The notes under the pieces: generated by a model
Database searches by the model: none
Told to the model about the DNA's origin: nothing
What the model saw: only the letters and a program-made list of their open reading frames with translations
In this document: in pieces, positions 1 to 8,107 of the stretch
Layout: each line of letters starts with the position of its first letter
Numbering within the stretch: the first letter of the stretch is position 1
IMG/VR virus record: IMGVR_UViG_2778261463_000014
Source of the DNA: a virus
Lineage: Duplodnaviria; Heunggongvirae; Uroviricota; Caudoviricetes
Length of the DNA: 20,704 bases
Reading direction: 5' to 3' (one strand)
Made by a program: the position numbers and the translations under genes

Positions 1-19
1 CTATTTGATAAATATTAAA

Positions 20-1315
20 TTAATTTTTCATTGCTTCGTTATGGGGCATGGTTGGGGCAAACTCGCTTAACTGTGTATTTAACAAAGCTACCTGTGCATT
101 ATTGTTTTCAGACATCCATTTTCCGTATACCTGAAATACCATTTGCGCATCTGCATGGCCCATCTGGTTTGCTATAAATGCCGGGTTAGCACCAGCTGTC
201 AGCGACCAGCAGGCATAAGTATGTCTCGACTGATATGATTTTCGATGGCGGAGTCCGGCACGTTTTATCGCTGCGTCCCACATCTGCCTTATTGAGTCAA
301 CGGTAAAATGGTCACCATAATTTTTTACTCTCGCTGACACTTCAGGTTGAAAAACAAAGGTGCATTTTTGTTTTTCTGTTCTGCCATACTCTCTGAGGTG
401 AACATCAATGATATGCTCTTTGCTCAGTCTCGTTAATGTCATCTGACTCCGGAGAGCGTCGATTGCTGGCTTAATAAGATGAATGACCCGATTGGTTCCC
501 GCCTGTGTTTTTGGTACCGTGAAACGGTCTTTTGCTAAATTTCTCCTGATCATCATTGTTCCATTTTTCAGATCTATGTCCTCCCATCCAAGTGCACACA
601 GCTCACCAGGGCGAACTCCAGTATAAACAGAAACACACCATAAATTTTTTGCTTGCTGATTTCTGCACGCATCGATAAGACGGATAAATTCTTCCCGCGA
701 AAGAGGATCCGGAATGGTTCTTGATTCCTTTAATGGCGAGATCCCCTTAAACGGATTATCTGCCAGGTAACCGTTATCAACACCAAACTGGAACACGGCG
801 TTAAGATTTGTCATGTAATTATTTACAGTTACAGCCGATCTCCCTGGTTGTGTAACAATATAGTTACTTTTGGGGATCTGGTATCCAGTCAGTAACTCTT
901 TACGAACCTCCAGTAATTTTTCTTTATTAATCGATGAGGCAAGATTTTTTTCACCGATTATGCTCAGGATATTTTTGATGACGGCACGGTATGTGTTGAG
1001 TGATGTTTTGGCGACTTCAGTTTCTTTCAGTGCCAGAAATTTTTCAGCCAGTTCTTTTATGGTTAAATCTTGTCGGGCCTCACCAAATTTTTCCAGATTG
1101 CGTGAGGAGGGAAACTGTTTTGCATAGTCGAAAACACCAGTTTTTATTGCGTAACAAACAGAGGAGCGTAGTTCACCTGCAACGCGCCTGTTTTTTGCTG
1201 TGTCAGGAACCCCCAGATTTTCCCTGACTCTTACGTCTTTATAAACAAACCAGATACGTAATTTCCCTCCATGGTTTTCCACGCCTGTCGGATATTTCAT
1301 TTCAACTTCTCTCAT
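20..1315 (-). CDS. Phage integrase, tyrosine recombinase (IntR/IntS-like N-terminus); start may be the internal Met at 1300
   Basis: 431-aa ORF. N-terminus MKYPTGVENHGGKLRIWF resembles the arm-binding domain of IntR-type prophage integrases; C-terminal region has Arg/His/Tyr-containing segments typical of tyrosine recombinases. Position at the prophage end followed by a small xis-like ORF. Confidence 0.85.
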   Translation of the reverse strand: MREVEMKYPTGVENHGGKLRIWFVYKDVRVRENLGVPDTAKNRRVAGELRSSVCYAIKTGVFDYAKQFPSSRNLEKFGEARQDLTIKELAEKFLALKETEVAKTSLNTYRAVIKNILSIIGEKNLASSINKEKLLEVRKELLTGYQIPKSNYIVTQPGRSAVTVNNYMTNLNAVFQFGVDNGYLADNPFKGISPLKESRTIPDPLSREEFIRLIDACRNQQAKNLWCVSVYTGVRPGELCALGWEDIDLKNGTMMIRRNLAKDRFTVPKTQAGTNRVIHLIKPAIDALRSQMTLTRLSKEHIIDVHLREYGRTEKQKCTFVFQPEVSARVKNYGDHFTVDSIRQMWDAAIKRAGLRHRKSYQSRHTYACWSLTAGANPAFIANQMGHADAQMVFQVYGKWMSENNNAQVALLNTQLSEFAPTMPHNEAMKN

Positions 1316-1334
1316 TAGTTAGTGTGGCTTTTAG

Positions 1335-1586
1335 TCAAGTAAGATGACGTCTTGGTCTCGCTGATGCCTGGCGCTCAATCCAGCGATCAATTTCTTCCAG
1401 GTTGTAAAAGCATGGACTGTTATCCCATGGCATACCGTCATGAGCGACATGCTTATATTCCCTTCCTTCCATAAACGATTTTTCCCGGGCCTTTTTTAAC
1501 GTACCTTTTTTTATTCCTTTCAGCGCAATTAACTGCTCTTCGGATACCCATTTGCCGGGAGAGACAATCATGATTACTTCGCTCAT
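1335..1586 (-). CDS. Putative excisionase / small DNA-binding protein
   Basis: 83-aa ORF immediately upstream of, and co-oriented with, the integrase; basic C-terminus. Assigned by position and size, not by recognised motifs. Confidence 0.6.
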   Translation of the reverse strand: MSEVIMIVSPGKWVSEEQLIALKGIKKGTLKKAREKSFMEGREYKHVAHDGMPWDNSPCFYNLEEIDRWIERQASARPRRHLT

Positions 1587-1615
1587 CGATTTCTTTATCT
1601 CTTACATCAGACGAG

Positions 1616-1647
1616 CGCCGGTTGCAGAATACCAGTCACAACCGGCG
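1616..1647. repeat. Perfect 9-bp inverted repeat (CGCCGGTTG / CAACCGGCG, 14-nt loop) between the exonuclease stop and the xis start
   Basis: Read directly from the sequence. No U-run follows on the transcribed (minus) strand, so it is not a classical intrinsic terminator. Confidence 0.5.
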
Positions 1648-1658
1648 ACAGTTGAACA

Positions 1659-3290
1659 TTAAGAATCAGCCTGACTCGGGATCAGTTTTTGCCAGATAAC
1701 TGAAACGTATTTTGCCTGGTAACGGGCGTCATCAAGTGCATTATGGCGCTCACCTTCGAATGGAATAGCCGTTCTGGCATCGAAGTCTATGGCTTTCCCC
1801 AGCTCAACGATTGTGCGTACATCGCGATCGTTGTAGTAACGCCACGGGCAGGGGATCCCCTGCCGTTCGTATGAACGGCGCAAAATCGTGTTGTCGAAGT
1901 TGGCTCCATTTCCCCAAACCTGAACAAAAAATTCACCGGAGTTTTCGTCGATAAATTCTCGCAATTGTAACAGTGCATCATCTAACGGGATTTCATCGGT
2001 CATAATGGCAGATTGCGCTTCGCGTGATTGCTTAAGCCACCATTTAATGGTGTCCCGATCAATGACTCCGCCAGCAGTTTCCAGATCGATAGTCTTACTA
2101 AATTCCGGTCCCATATCTCCGGTTTGCGGATCGAAAAATATTGCACCTATTGAGATGATCGGGGCATCAGGATTTTTTCCCATGGTTTCAAGGTCGATCA
2201 TTAGATGGTCACACGTCCTGCTGGTGGATGTGATTTCGTGATGACCGTTCACCTTAATTGGGTGATCTGCCGTCTCGCCAGTTTCATTATCGCTATTGTG
2301 ATGCTGATTGCCGCCAGTGTTCTCCTTGTGTGGATGTTCAGCGCCTTCCATTTCCTCCGGATCATCTTCCTGAACTTCAACCTGATACTCTTCATCGAAT
2401 GTTTCTTGGTATGTTGCGTCGCCCATCACCGCGCCACAATCAGGGCAGTTGCCGCCGCCGGTCTGACCGCAGGCGGTGCAGACTTTTTCCACTTCCTGTT
2501 GCGCTACTGGTTCAGGCTGTTTCGTTTCTGGCTCGTTTTGTAACGCATTTGGACTGTTTTGTTCCGCTTTTTGGTAGTTCCGTTCCGATTCATGCTGGTT
2601 CTGGTTCACAGAATCGCGGGTCTGGAGCCCCTTAACCCATTTCGGATCATTCGGGTCACTAATCCCTTCAACAAATTCACCACGTGATGCAGCAAGCAAC
2701 TTATCGGCGTCAGGCTGGCTGATATTGGCTGCCTGCATAATTTTGTTTACTTCGTCAGCGGTAACTTTTATCGGCTCTGGTTGTTCTGAATCTTCAGCGG
2801 TATCTACATTTTGCGGTAAGCCCGTGTATGTGCCATTTTTTCGGGCAAAATATTCTTCTTTTGTGATTTCAGTGGCGCCAGCAGCCAGTGCCTTATCCAG
2901 ACCAGAGAGTTTGTTTGCGCGACCGTATTTTTCTCCGTCCTTATCTGCGAAGAGGAAATAGAACGGCCCCTCACGCTCTACAGATGGTTCAGCTTCCGGC
3001 GCGGTTTCATTTTTTGGGATATCAGATACCTCAGTTTCCACTGCATCAGTTTGTGTTTCTGATGACTGGAGAACATCAACAGTGCCCAGGTCTGTTTCTT
3101 CATTCTCAAACACGCCCTTTGTCGTCAGGTATTCGCAGATATATTTGTTCAGTGCTACGGGATCTTTGTGAATGTCGATCGGACGCTCACGGACAAGGCC
3201 AAAAATAGTTTGGCGGTCGTAGCGAAGGGCATCAGGCTGTTTGCGCATTGATGCCGAGATACGCTGAGGTAGCCTGAGTTTAACGGACAC
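1659..3290 (-). CDS. Phage exonuclease-like protein: C-terminal DnaQ-like DEDDh 3'-5' exonuclease domain (about 1659-2231), acidic N-terminal region with a CxxC-x7-CxxC motif; IS remnants begin just upstream, so the N-terminus may be truncated
   Basis: 543-aa ORF. Exo motifs visible: I = MIDLETMG, II = WGNGANFDNTIL, III = HNALDDARYQAKY. The nearest start codon lies about 40 bp from the IS3-family orfA fragment. Confidence 0.8.
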   Translation of the reverse strand: MSVKLRLPQRISASMRKQPDALRYDRQTIFGLVRERPIDIHKDPVALNKYICEYLTTKGVFENEETDLGTVDVLQSSETQTDAVETEVSDIPKNETAPEAEPSVEREGPFYFLFADKDGEKYGRANKLSGLDKALAAGATEITKEEYFARKNGTYTGLPQNVDTAEDSEQPEPIKVTADEVNKIMQAANISQPDADKLLAASRGEFVEGISDPNDPKWVKGLQTRDSVNQNQHESERNYQKAEQNSPNALQNEPETKQPEPVAQQEVEKVCTACGQTGGGNCPDCGAVMGDATYQETFDEEYQVEVQEDDPEEMEGAEHPHKENTGGNQHHNSDNETGETADHPIKVNGHHEITSTSRTCDHLMIDLETMGKNPDAPIISIGAIFFDPQTGDMGPEFSKTIDLETAGGVIDRDTIKWWLKQSREAQSAIMTDEIPLDDALLQLREFIDENSGEFFVQVWGNGANFDNTILRRSYERQGIPCPWRYYNDRDVRTIVELGKAIDFDARTAIPFEGERHNALDDARYQAKYVSVIWQKLIPSQADS

Positions 3291-3328
3291 TCCTTCCTGA
3301 AATAGAATGGCATCAGAAGGAGCTAATA

Positions 3329-3591
3329 ATGAGCAGAAAAACCCAACGTTACTCTAAAGAGTTCAAAGCCGAAGCTGTCAGAACGGTTCTTGAAAATCAA
3401 CTTTCGATCAGTGAAGGCGCTTCCCGACTATCTCTTCCTGAAGGCACTTTAGGACAATGGGTTACCGCCGCCAGAAAAGGGCTCGGTACTCCTGGTTCCC
3501 GCACGGTGGCTGAACTGGAATCTGAAATTCTGCAACTGCGTAAGGCGTTAAATGAAGCTCGCCTTGAGCGAGATATATTAAAAAAAGCAAC
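3329..3591 (+). pseudogene. IS3-family (IS600-like) transposase OrfA fragment, interrupted at 3591/3592 by IS30
   Basis: Translation MSRKTQRYSKEFKAEAVRTVLENQ...LERDILKKAT is an IS3-family OrfA (HTH plus leucine-zipper region). Reading continues into the IS30 left end (the listed ORF 3329-3697 is a fusion artefact). The element's own left boundary (about 3290-3328) is uncertain. Confidence 0.7.
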
Positions 3592-4331
3592 TGTAGATTC
3601 AATTGGTCAACGCAACAGTTATGTGAAAACATGGGGTTGCGGAGGTTTTTTGAATGAGACGAACATTTACAGCAGAGGAAAAAGCCTCTGTTTTTGAACT
3701 ATGGAAGAACGGAACAGGCTTCAGTGAAATAGCGAATATCCTGGGTTCAAAACCCGGAACGATCTTCACTATGTTAAGGGATACTGGCGGCATAAAACCC
3801 CATGAGCATAAGCGGGCTGTAGCTCACCTGACACTGTCTGAGCGCGAGGAGATACGAGCTGGTTTGTCAGCCAAAATGAGCATTCGTGCGATAGCTACTG
3901 CGCTGAATCGCAGTCCTTCGACGATCTCACGTGAAGTTCAGCGTAATCGGGGCAGACGCTATTACAAAGCTGTTGATGCTAATAACCGAGCCAACAGAAT
4001 GGCGAAAAGGCCAAAACCGTGCTTACTGGATCAAAATTTACCATTGCGAAAGCTTGTTCTGGAAAAGCTGGAGATGAAATGGTCTCCAGAGCAAATATCA
4101 GGATGGTTAAGGCGAACAAAACCACGTCAAAAAACGCTGCGAATATCACCTGAGACAATTTATAAAACGCTGTACTTTCGTAGCCGTGAAGCGCTACACC
4201 ACCTGAATATACAGCATCTGCGACGGTCGCATAGCCTTCGCCATGGCAGGCGTCATACCCGCAAAGGCGAAAGAGGTACGATTAACATAGTGAACGGAAC
4301 ACCAATTCACGAACGTTCCCGAAATATCGAT
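3592..4331 (+). mobile_element. IS30 5' fragment (left inverted repeat plus about 60% of the transposase gene); the 3' part and right IR are missing
   Basis: Sequence from 3592 (TGTAGATTCAATTGGTCAACGCAACAG...) matches the IS30 left end as I recall it. Homology to the IS30 transposase stops near 4331, where the sequence diverges. Confidence 0.8.
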
Positions 4332-4352
4332 ATGGTAAATAGCCTATGCTAA
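3654..4352 (+). pseudogene. insI: IS30 transposase (InsI), truncated: about 225 of 383 residues followed by 7 unrelated codons
   Basis: Translation MRRTFTAEEKASVFELWKNGTGFSEIANILGSKPGTIF...GTINIVNGTPIHERSRNID matches the IS30 transposase N-terminal part, then diverges (MVNSLC, stop). Confidence 0.85.
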
Positions 4353-4574
4353 TGTCCGCTAAGAGCAAGAAGCGGAAGTTGGCAGTTTTGTGGACTGTCC
4401 CCACAAAAGTGACTACAGAAATAGTTGCAATTCATAATTGATCATGGGTTGTCAGTTAAACTCGTGGCGATTTAAATAGACTAATTGGGAGTGCGTCCAT
4501 TACTTATATCTTGTAATGTTAACTATCAGAAATGATACAAAGATAATATGTCTTTAAAGAAAAGGCTGATGGCG

Positions 4575-4597
4575 AAAAGTGGCCCGATGAGGGCCAC
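4575..4597 (-). terminator. Candidate intrinsic terminator downstream of flxA
   Basis: On the minus strand: GTGGCCC-TCAT-CGGGCCAC followed by TTTT, starting 15 nt after the flxA stop. Confidence 0.5.
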
Positions 4598-4611
4598 AAT
4601 ACGGCTGTCAC

Positions 4612-4944
4612 TTAGACGTAAATATCAATGGTGCCAGCGGTATTTGTATCGTCTTTTTTCTCTTCTTTTTTATCAGGCTGAACTGTCGCGTCTTCATTCT
4701 TTTTCTCTGCCTGCTGCCTTAACAACTGCTCCAGTTGAGCCCAGAGGCTTTCAATTTGCTTCTGTACCAATGCAGCCATTTCTTTTTTCTGCTGTGTCGT
4801 CATCCCCTCTTCCGATGAGATTTTCCCAAGCTTTTCAGTCAGCACCTGAATTTGTCTTGTGATTTTGGCTATTTCTGATGTTCCTTCCGGGGCGGAGTTG
4901 TTTGAAATAACGGTTGAGGTATTTCCCTGAATTGTGACAGACAT
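4612..4944 (-). CDS. flxA: FlxA (sigma-28-dependent prophage protein)
   Basis: 110-aa translation MSVTIQGNTSTVISNNSAPEGTSEIAKITRQIQVLTEKLG... recognised as FlxA; a sigma-28 promoter lies upstream. Confidence 0.9.
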   Translation of the reverse strand: MSVTIQGNTSTVISNNSAPEGTSEIAKITRQIQVLTEKLGKISSEEGMTTQQKKEMAALVQKQIESLWAQLEQLLRQQAEKKNEDATVQPDKKEEKKDDTNTAGTIDIYV

Positions 4945-4967
4945 AGATTTCTCCTTTTAAAAAAGCA

Positions 4968-4994
4968 CTATCGGCATGCACAAAAAAATCTTTA
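4968..4994 (-). promoter_or_regulatory. Sigma-28 (FliA) promoter for flxA: TAAAGATT-N11-GCCGATAG
   Basis: Minus-strand sequence matches the FliA consensus TAAAGTTT-N11-GCCGATAA with an 11-nt spacer, about 25 nt upstream of the flxA start codon. Confidence 0.6.
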
Positions 4995-5146
4995 ATCGTA
5001 TTTCTTGTGTCATTAATTGTTTGATGTTCAGATTGTTTTCCTCGCGGGCTGGCGCGCCTCAGAAAGTAAAGCTTGTTGACAGGGGTAAACGTTCGGCAAT
5101 AATTTTCTGCCGCATGCGGGTGTTGCATAAAACGTGTTACGTTCCT

Positions 5147-5452
5147 TTATCGACAGGTCAGGTCACCGCTCACCCGCCGACGAGAAAGCAACACTGACAT
5201 GCTAAAGCAAAAAATAGATGAATAAGTTGAGTTGTGCATATGTAGCCTGACCGTCACAAAGTATATGGTGTCTGTACCAGTAAGATGATGGCCGGACTCT
5301 TTAAAAACGAGCTGACCTGCACAATACAGGATGGACTTAGCAATGGCTGCTCCTGGCACAAAGCGGACAGTGATCACCGTTCTTACGACTACTTTCTGAC
5401 TTCCTTCGTGACTTGCCCTAAGCATGTTGTAGTGCGATACTTGTAATGACAT
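5147..5452 (-). CDS. Hypothetical protein (position corresponds to ydfV between flxA and relB)
   Basis: 101-aa ORF divergent from relB. Its sequence has no features I recognise; assignment is by synteny and size only. Confidence 0.4.
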   Translation of the reverse strand: MSLQVSHYNMLRASHEGSQKVVVRTVITVRFVPGAAIAKSILYCAGQLVFKESGHHLTGTDTIYFVTVRLHMHNSTYSSIFCFSMSVLLSRRRVSGDLTCR

Positions 5453-5465
5453 TTGTAATTACAAG
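5440..5465 (+). promoter_or_regulatory. relO-like operator: inverted repeat CTTGTAAT...ATTACAAG with TTGTAAT repeats in the relBE promoter region
   Basis: Palindrome read directly, 12 bp upstream of the relB start; RelB-RelE autoregulates through such repeats. Confidence 0.7.
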
Positions 5466-5476
5466 AGGTGTAAGAC

Positions 5477-5716
5477 ATGGGTAGCATTAACCTGCGTATT
5501 GACGATGAACTTAAAGCGCGTTCTTACGCCGCGCTTGAAAAAATGGGTGTAACTCCTTCTGAAGCGCTTCGTCTCATGCTCGAGTATATCGCTGACAATG
5601 AACGCTTGCCGTTCAAACAGACACTCCTGAGTGATGAAGATGCTGAACTTGTGGAGATAGTGAAAGAACGGCTTCGTAATCCTAAGCCAGTACGTGTGAC
5701 GCTGGATGAACTCTGA
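5477..5716 (+). CDS. relB: RelB antitoxin
   Basis: 79-aa translation MGSINLRIDDELKARSYAALEKMGVTPSEALRLMLEYIADNERLPF... recognised as RelB; stop overlaps the relE start (TGATG). Confidence 0.95.
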   Translation: MGSINLRIDDELKARSYAALEKMGVTPSEALRLMLEYIADNERLPFKQTLLSDEDAELVEIVKERLRNPKPVRVTLDEL

Positions 5717-6003
5717 TGGCGTATTTTCTGGATTTTGACGAGCGGGCACTAAAGGAATGGCGAAAGCTGGGCTCGACGGTACGTGAACAGTTGAAAAAGA
5801 AGCTGGTTGAAGTACTTGAGTCACCCCGGATTGAAGCAAACAAGCTCCGTGGTATGCCTGATTGTTACAAGATTAAGCTCCGGTCTTCAGGCTATCGCCT
5901 TGTATACCAGGTTATAGACGAGAAAGTTGTCGTTTTCGTGATTTCTGTTGGGAAAAGAGAACGCTCGGAAGTATATAGCGAGGCGGTCAAACGCATTCTC
6001 TGA
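5716..6003 (+). CDS. relE: RelE toxin (ribosome-dependent mRNA interferase)
   Basis: 95-aa translation MAYFLDFDERALKEWRKLGSTVREQLKKKLVEVLESPRIEANKLRGMPDCYKIKLRSSGYRLVYQVIDEKVVVFVISVGKRERSEVY... recognised as RelE. Confidence 0.95.
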   Translation: MAYFLDFDERALKEWRKLGSTVREQLKKKLVEVLESPRIEANKLRGMPDCYKIKLRSSGYRLVYQVIDEKVVVFVISVGKRERSEVYSEAVKRIL

Positions 6004-6074
6004 ACCAAAGCATGACATCTCTGTTTCGCACCGAAGGTGACACTTCTGCTTTGCGTTGACAGGAGAAGCAGGCT

Positions 6075-6230
6075 ATGAAGCAGCAAAAGGCGATGTTAAT
6101 CGCCCTGATCGTCATCTGTTTAACCGTCATAGTGACGGCACTGGTAACGAGGAAAGACCTCTGCGAGGTACGAATCCGAACCGGCCAGACGGAGGTCGCT
6201 GTCTTCACAGCTTACGAACCTGAGGAGTAA
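6075..6230 (+). CDS. hokD: HokD (RelF) Hok-family small membrane toxin, 51 aa
   Basis: Hand translation: MKQQKAMLIALIVICLTVIVTALVTRKDLCEVRIRTGQTEVAVFTAYEPEE; below the 60-aa cutoff of the ORF track. Confidence 0.9.
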   Translation: MKQQKAMLIALIVICLTVIVTALVTRKDLCEVRIRTGQTEVAVFTAYEPEE

Positions 6231-6298
6231 GAGACCCGGCGGGGGAGAAATCCCTCGCCACCTCTGATGTGGCAGGCATCCTCAACGCACCCGCACTT

Positions 6299-6330
6299 AA
6301 CCCGCTTCGGCGGGTTTTTGTTTTTATTTT
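6299..6330 (+). terminator. Intrinsic terminator after relB-relE-hokD
   Basis: CCCGC-TTCG-GCGGG hairpin followed by TTTTTGTTTTTATTTT. Confidence 0.7.
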
Positions 6331-6446
6331 CAACGCGTTTGAAGTTCTGGACGGTGCCGGAATAGAATCAAAAATACTTAAGTAGCGCGCAGGGATAAGA
6401 GGGATGGTCCCTTAAAGGGGAGAGCTAATTATCCGGAAGGATTCTG

Positions 6447-6698
6447 ATGATGAACATCGAAGAACTGCGTAAAATTTTTTGTGAAGATGGCCTCTATGCT
6501 GTGTGCGTTGAAAATGGAAATCTTGTTAGTCATTACCGCATTATGTGTTTGCGAAAGAATGGGGCTGCGTTAATTAATTTTGTGGATGCTCGGGTCACGG
6601 ACGGATTTATCTTGCGCGAAGGTGAGTTTGTCACTTCATTACAGGCATTGAAAGAGATCGGAATAAAAGCTGGCTTTTCTGCTTTTTCAGGAGAATAA
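6447..6698 (+). CDS. rem: Rem (small prophage protein, function unknown)
   Basis: 83-aa translation MMNIEELRKIFCEDGLYAVCVENGNL... recognised as Rem; SD-like GGAAGG upstream. Confidence 0.85.
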   Translation: MMNIEELRKIFCEDGLYAVCVENGNLVSHYRIMCLRKNGAALINFVDARVTDGFILREGEFVTSLQALKEIGIKAGFSAFSGE

Positions 6699-6764
6699 AC
6701 TCATCTACAATCTTGCGCGGGGCTGAACTCCCGCTGAGTAACACCGTGCCACCGGAGAAAACCG

Positions 6765-7043
6765 ATGGCACGCAACGCAAAATATTACAATTCTGATAAT
6801 TCGCCCGTTCTTGCCTGCACGCACGGGCGGTATTCTCACGCATTCAAGTCTGAATGGTTCCAGCACCCTCCATGCACTGCAGAACAGGCCGAATGGCTGA
6901 TTCATTCTTACCGCAGGCGCGGGTTCGAGGTTAAGAAAGCTCTCAGTCTCGACTATCGGCACTGGATAATCTCTGTCAGGCTGCCTTATTCCGAACGCCC
7001 ACCACGTGCGTCCCGCACTTTCCAGCAACGGATCTGGAGGTAA
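6765..7043 (+). CDS. Hypothetical 92-aa protein, or frameshifted N-terminal part of the DUF968 gene
   Basis: ORF with GGAG 8 nt upstream of its ATG; overlaps the next ORF by 38 nt in a different frame. Confidence 0.4.
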   Translation: MARNAKYYNSDNSPVLACTHGRYSHAFKSEWFQHPPCTAEQAEWLIHSYRRRGFEVKKALSLDYRHWIISVRLPYSERPPRASRTFQQRIWR

Positions 7044-8094
7044 CGTGCGGGTATTACTTAGACCTGTTCTGGTGCCTGAGCTTGGGCTGGTGGTCCTTAA
7101 GCCGGGCCGTGAATCCATACAGATATTTCATAATCCTCGAGTGCTGGTGGAACCGGAACCAAAAAGCATGCGTAATCTGCCATCCGGAGTCGTTCCTGCC
7201 GTTCGCCAGCCGCTGGCGGAAGACAAAACATTGCTGCCGTTTTTTAGTAACGAACGGGTGATTCGTGCTGCTGGCGGCGTTGGCGCATTGTCCGACTGGC
7301 TATTACGTCATGTTACATCCTGCCAGTGGCCTAATGGCGATTACCATCACACTGAAACAGTCATTCACCGTTATGGTACCGGCGCAATGGTGTTGTGCTG
7401 GCACTGCGACAACCAACTGCGTGACCAGACATCGGAATCACTGGAGCTGCTTGCTCAACAAAATCTGACAGCATGGGTGATTGACGTCATCTGTCACGCA
7501 ATAAGCGGTACGCAGGAGCGGGAATTATCTTTGGCTGAATTATCCTGGTGGGCGGTCTGCAATCAGGTGGTGGATGCACTACCTGAGGCTGTATCGCGTC
7601 GTTCGCTGGGATTACCAGCGGAAAAAATCTGCTCGGTGTACCGCGAAAGCGACATCGTACCGGGAGAGCAGACCGCCACCAGCATATTGAAACAACGCAC
7701 AAAAAATCTTGCACCGTTGCCTTACGCCCACCAGCAACAAAAATCACCACAGGAAAAGACGGTGGTAAGCATCACCGTTGATCCAGAGTCTCCGGAATCT
7801 TTCATGAAGCTGCCTAAACGTCGCCGCTGGGTTAAGGAGAAATACACACGTTGGGTTAAGACACAGCCGTGTGCTTGCTGCGGTATGCCAGCCGACGATC
7901 CGCATCATCTGATTGGTCACGGGCAGGGCGGAATGGGAACAAAAGCACATGATCTCTTTGTGTTGCCTTTGTGCAGAAAGCATCACAACGAGCTGCATAC
8001 GGATACAGTGGCATTTGAAGATAAGTATGGCTCCCAACTGGAGCTGATATTTCGTTTTATCGATCGCGCGCTGGCAATTGGCGTACTGGCGTAA
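7006..8094 (+). CDS. ydfU: DUF968-family nin-region protein (YdfU-like) with C-terminal Cys/His HNH-like motif; true start uncertain
   Basis: 362-aa ORF; C-terminus CACCGMPADDPHHLIGHGQGG...CRKHHNELH; lies between rem and Q as in Qin. Confidence 0.8.
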   Translation: MRPALSSNGSGGNVRVLLRPVLVPELGLVVLKPGRESIQIFHNPRVLVEPEPKSMRNLPSGVVPAVRQPLAEDKTLLPFFSNERVIRAAGGVGALSDWLLRHVTSCQWPNGDYHHTETVIHRYGTGAMVLCWHCDNQLRDQTSESLELLAQQNLTAWVIDVICHAISGTQERELSLAELSWWAVCNQVVDALPEAVSRRSLGLPAEKICSVYRESDIVPGEQTATSILKQRTKNLAPLPYAHQQQKSPQEKTVVSITVDPESPESFMKLPKRRRWVKEKYTRWVKTQPCACCGMPADDPHHLIGHGQGGMGTKAHDLFVLPLCRKHHNELHTDTVAFEDKYGSQLELIFRFIDRALAIGVLA

Positions 8095-8107
8095 GTGGAG
8101 AACGAGC

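Noticed and set aside
870-1227. Two plus-strand ORFs of 85 and 75 aa
   Set aside because: Antisense to the integrase gene.
2005-3208. Several plus-strand ORFs (78-125 aa)
   Set aside because: All lie antisense within the exonuclease gene; shadow frames.
1659-3290. Annotating the exonuclease as RecE / exodeoxyribonuclease VIII
   Set aside because: The visible motifs are DEDDh (DnaQ-like 3'-5' exonuclease), not the PD-(D/E)XK fold of RecE or lambda Exo.
3592-4812. Calling a complete 1.2-kb IS30
   Set aside because: Transposase homology stops near 4331 and the downstream sequence does not continue the IS30 ORF or show a right inverted repeat.
4548-4862. 104-aa plus-strand ORF
   Set aside because: Antisense to flxA and overlapping the flxA terminator; no RBS.
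5459-5839. 126-aa minus-strand ORF
   Set aside because: Antisense to relB/relE, which are recognised with high confidence.
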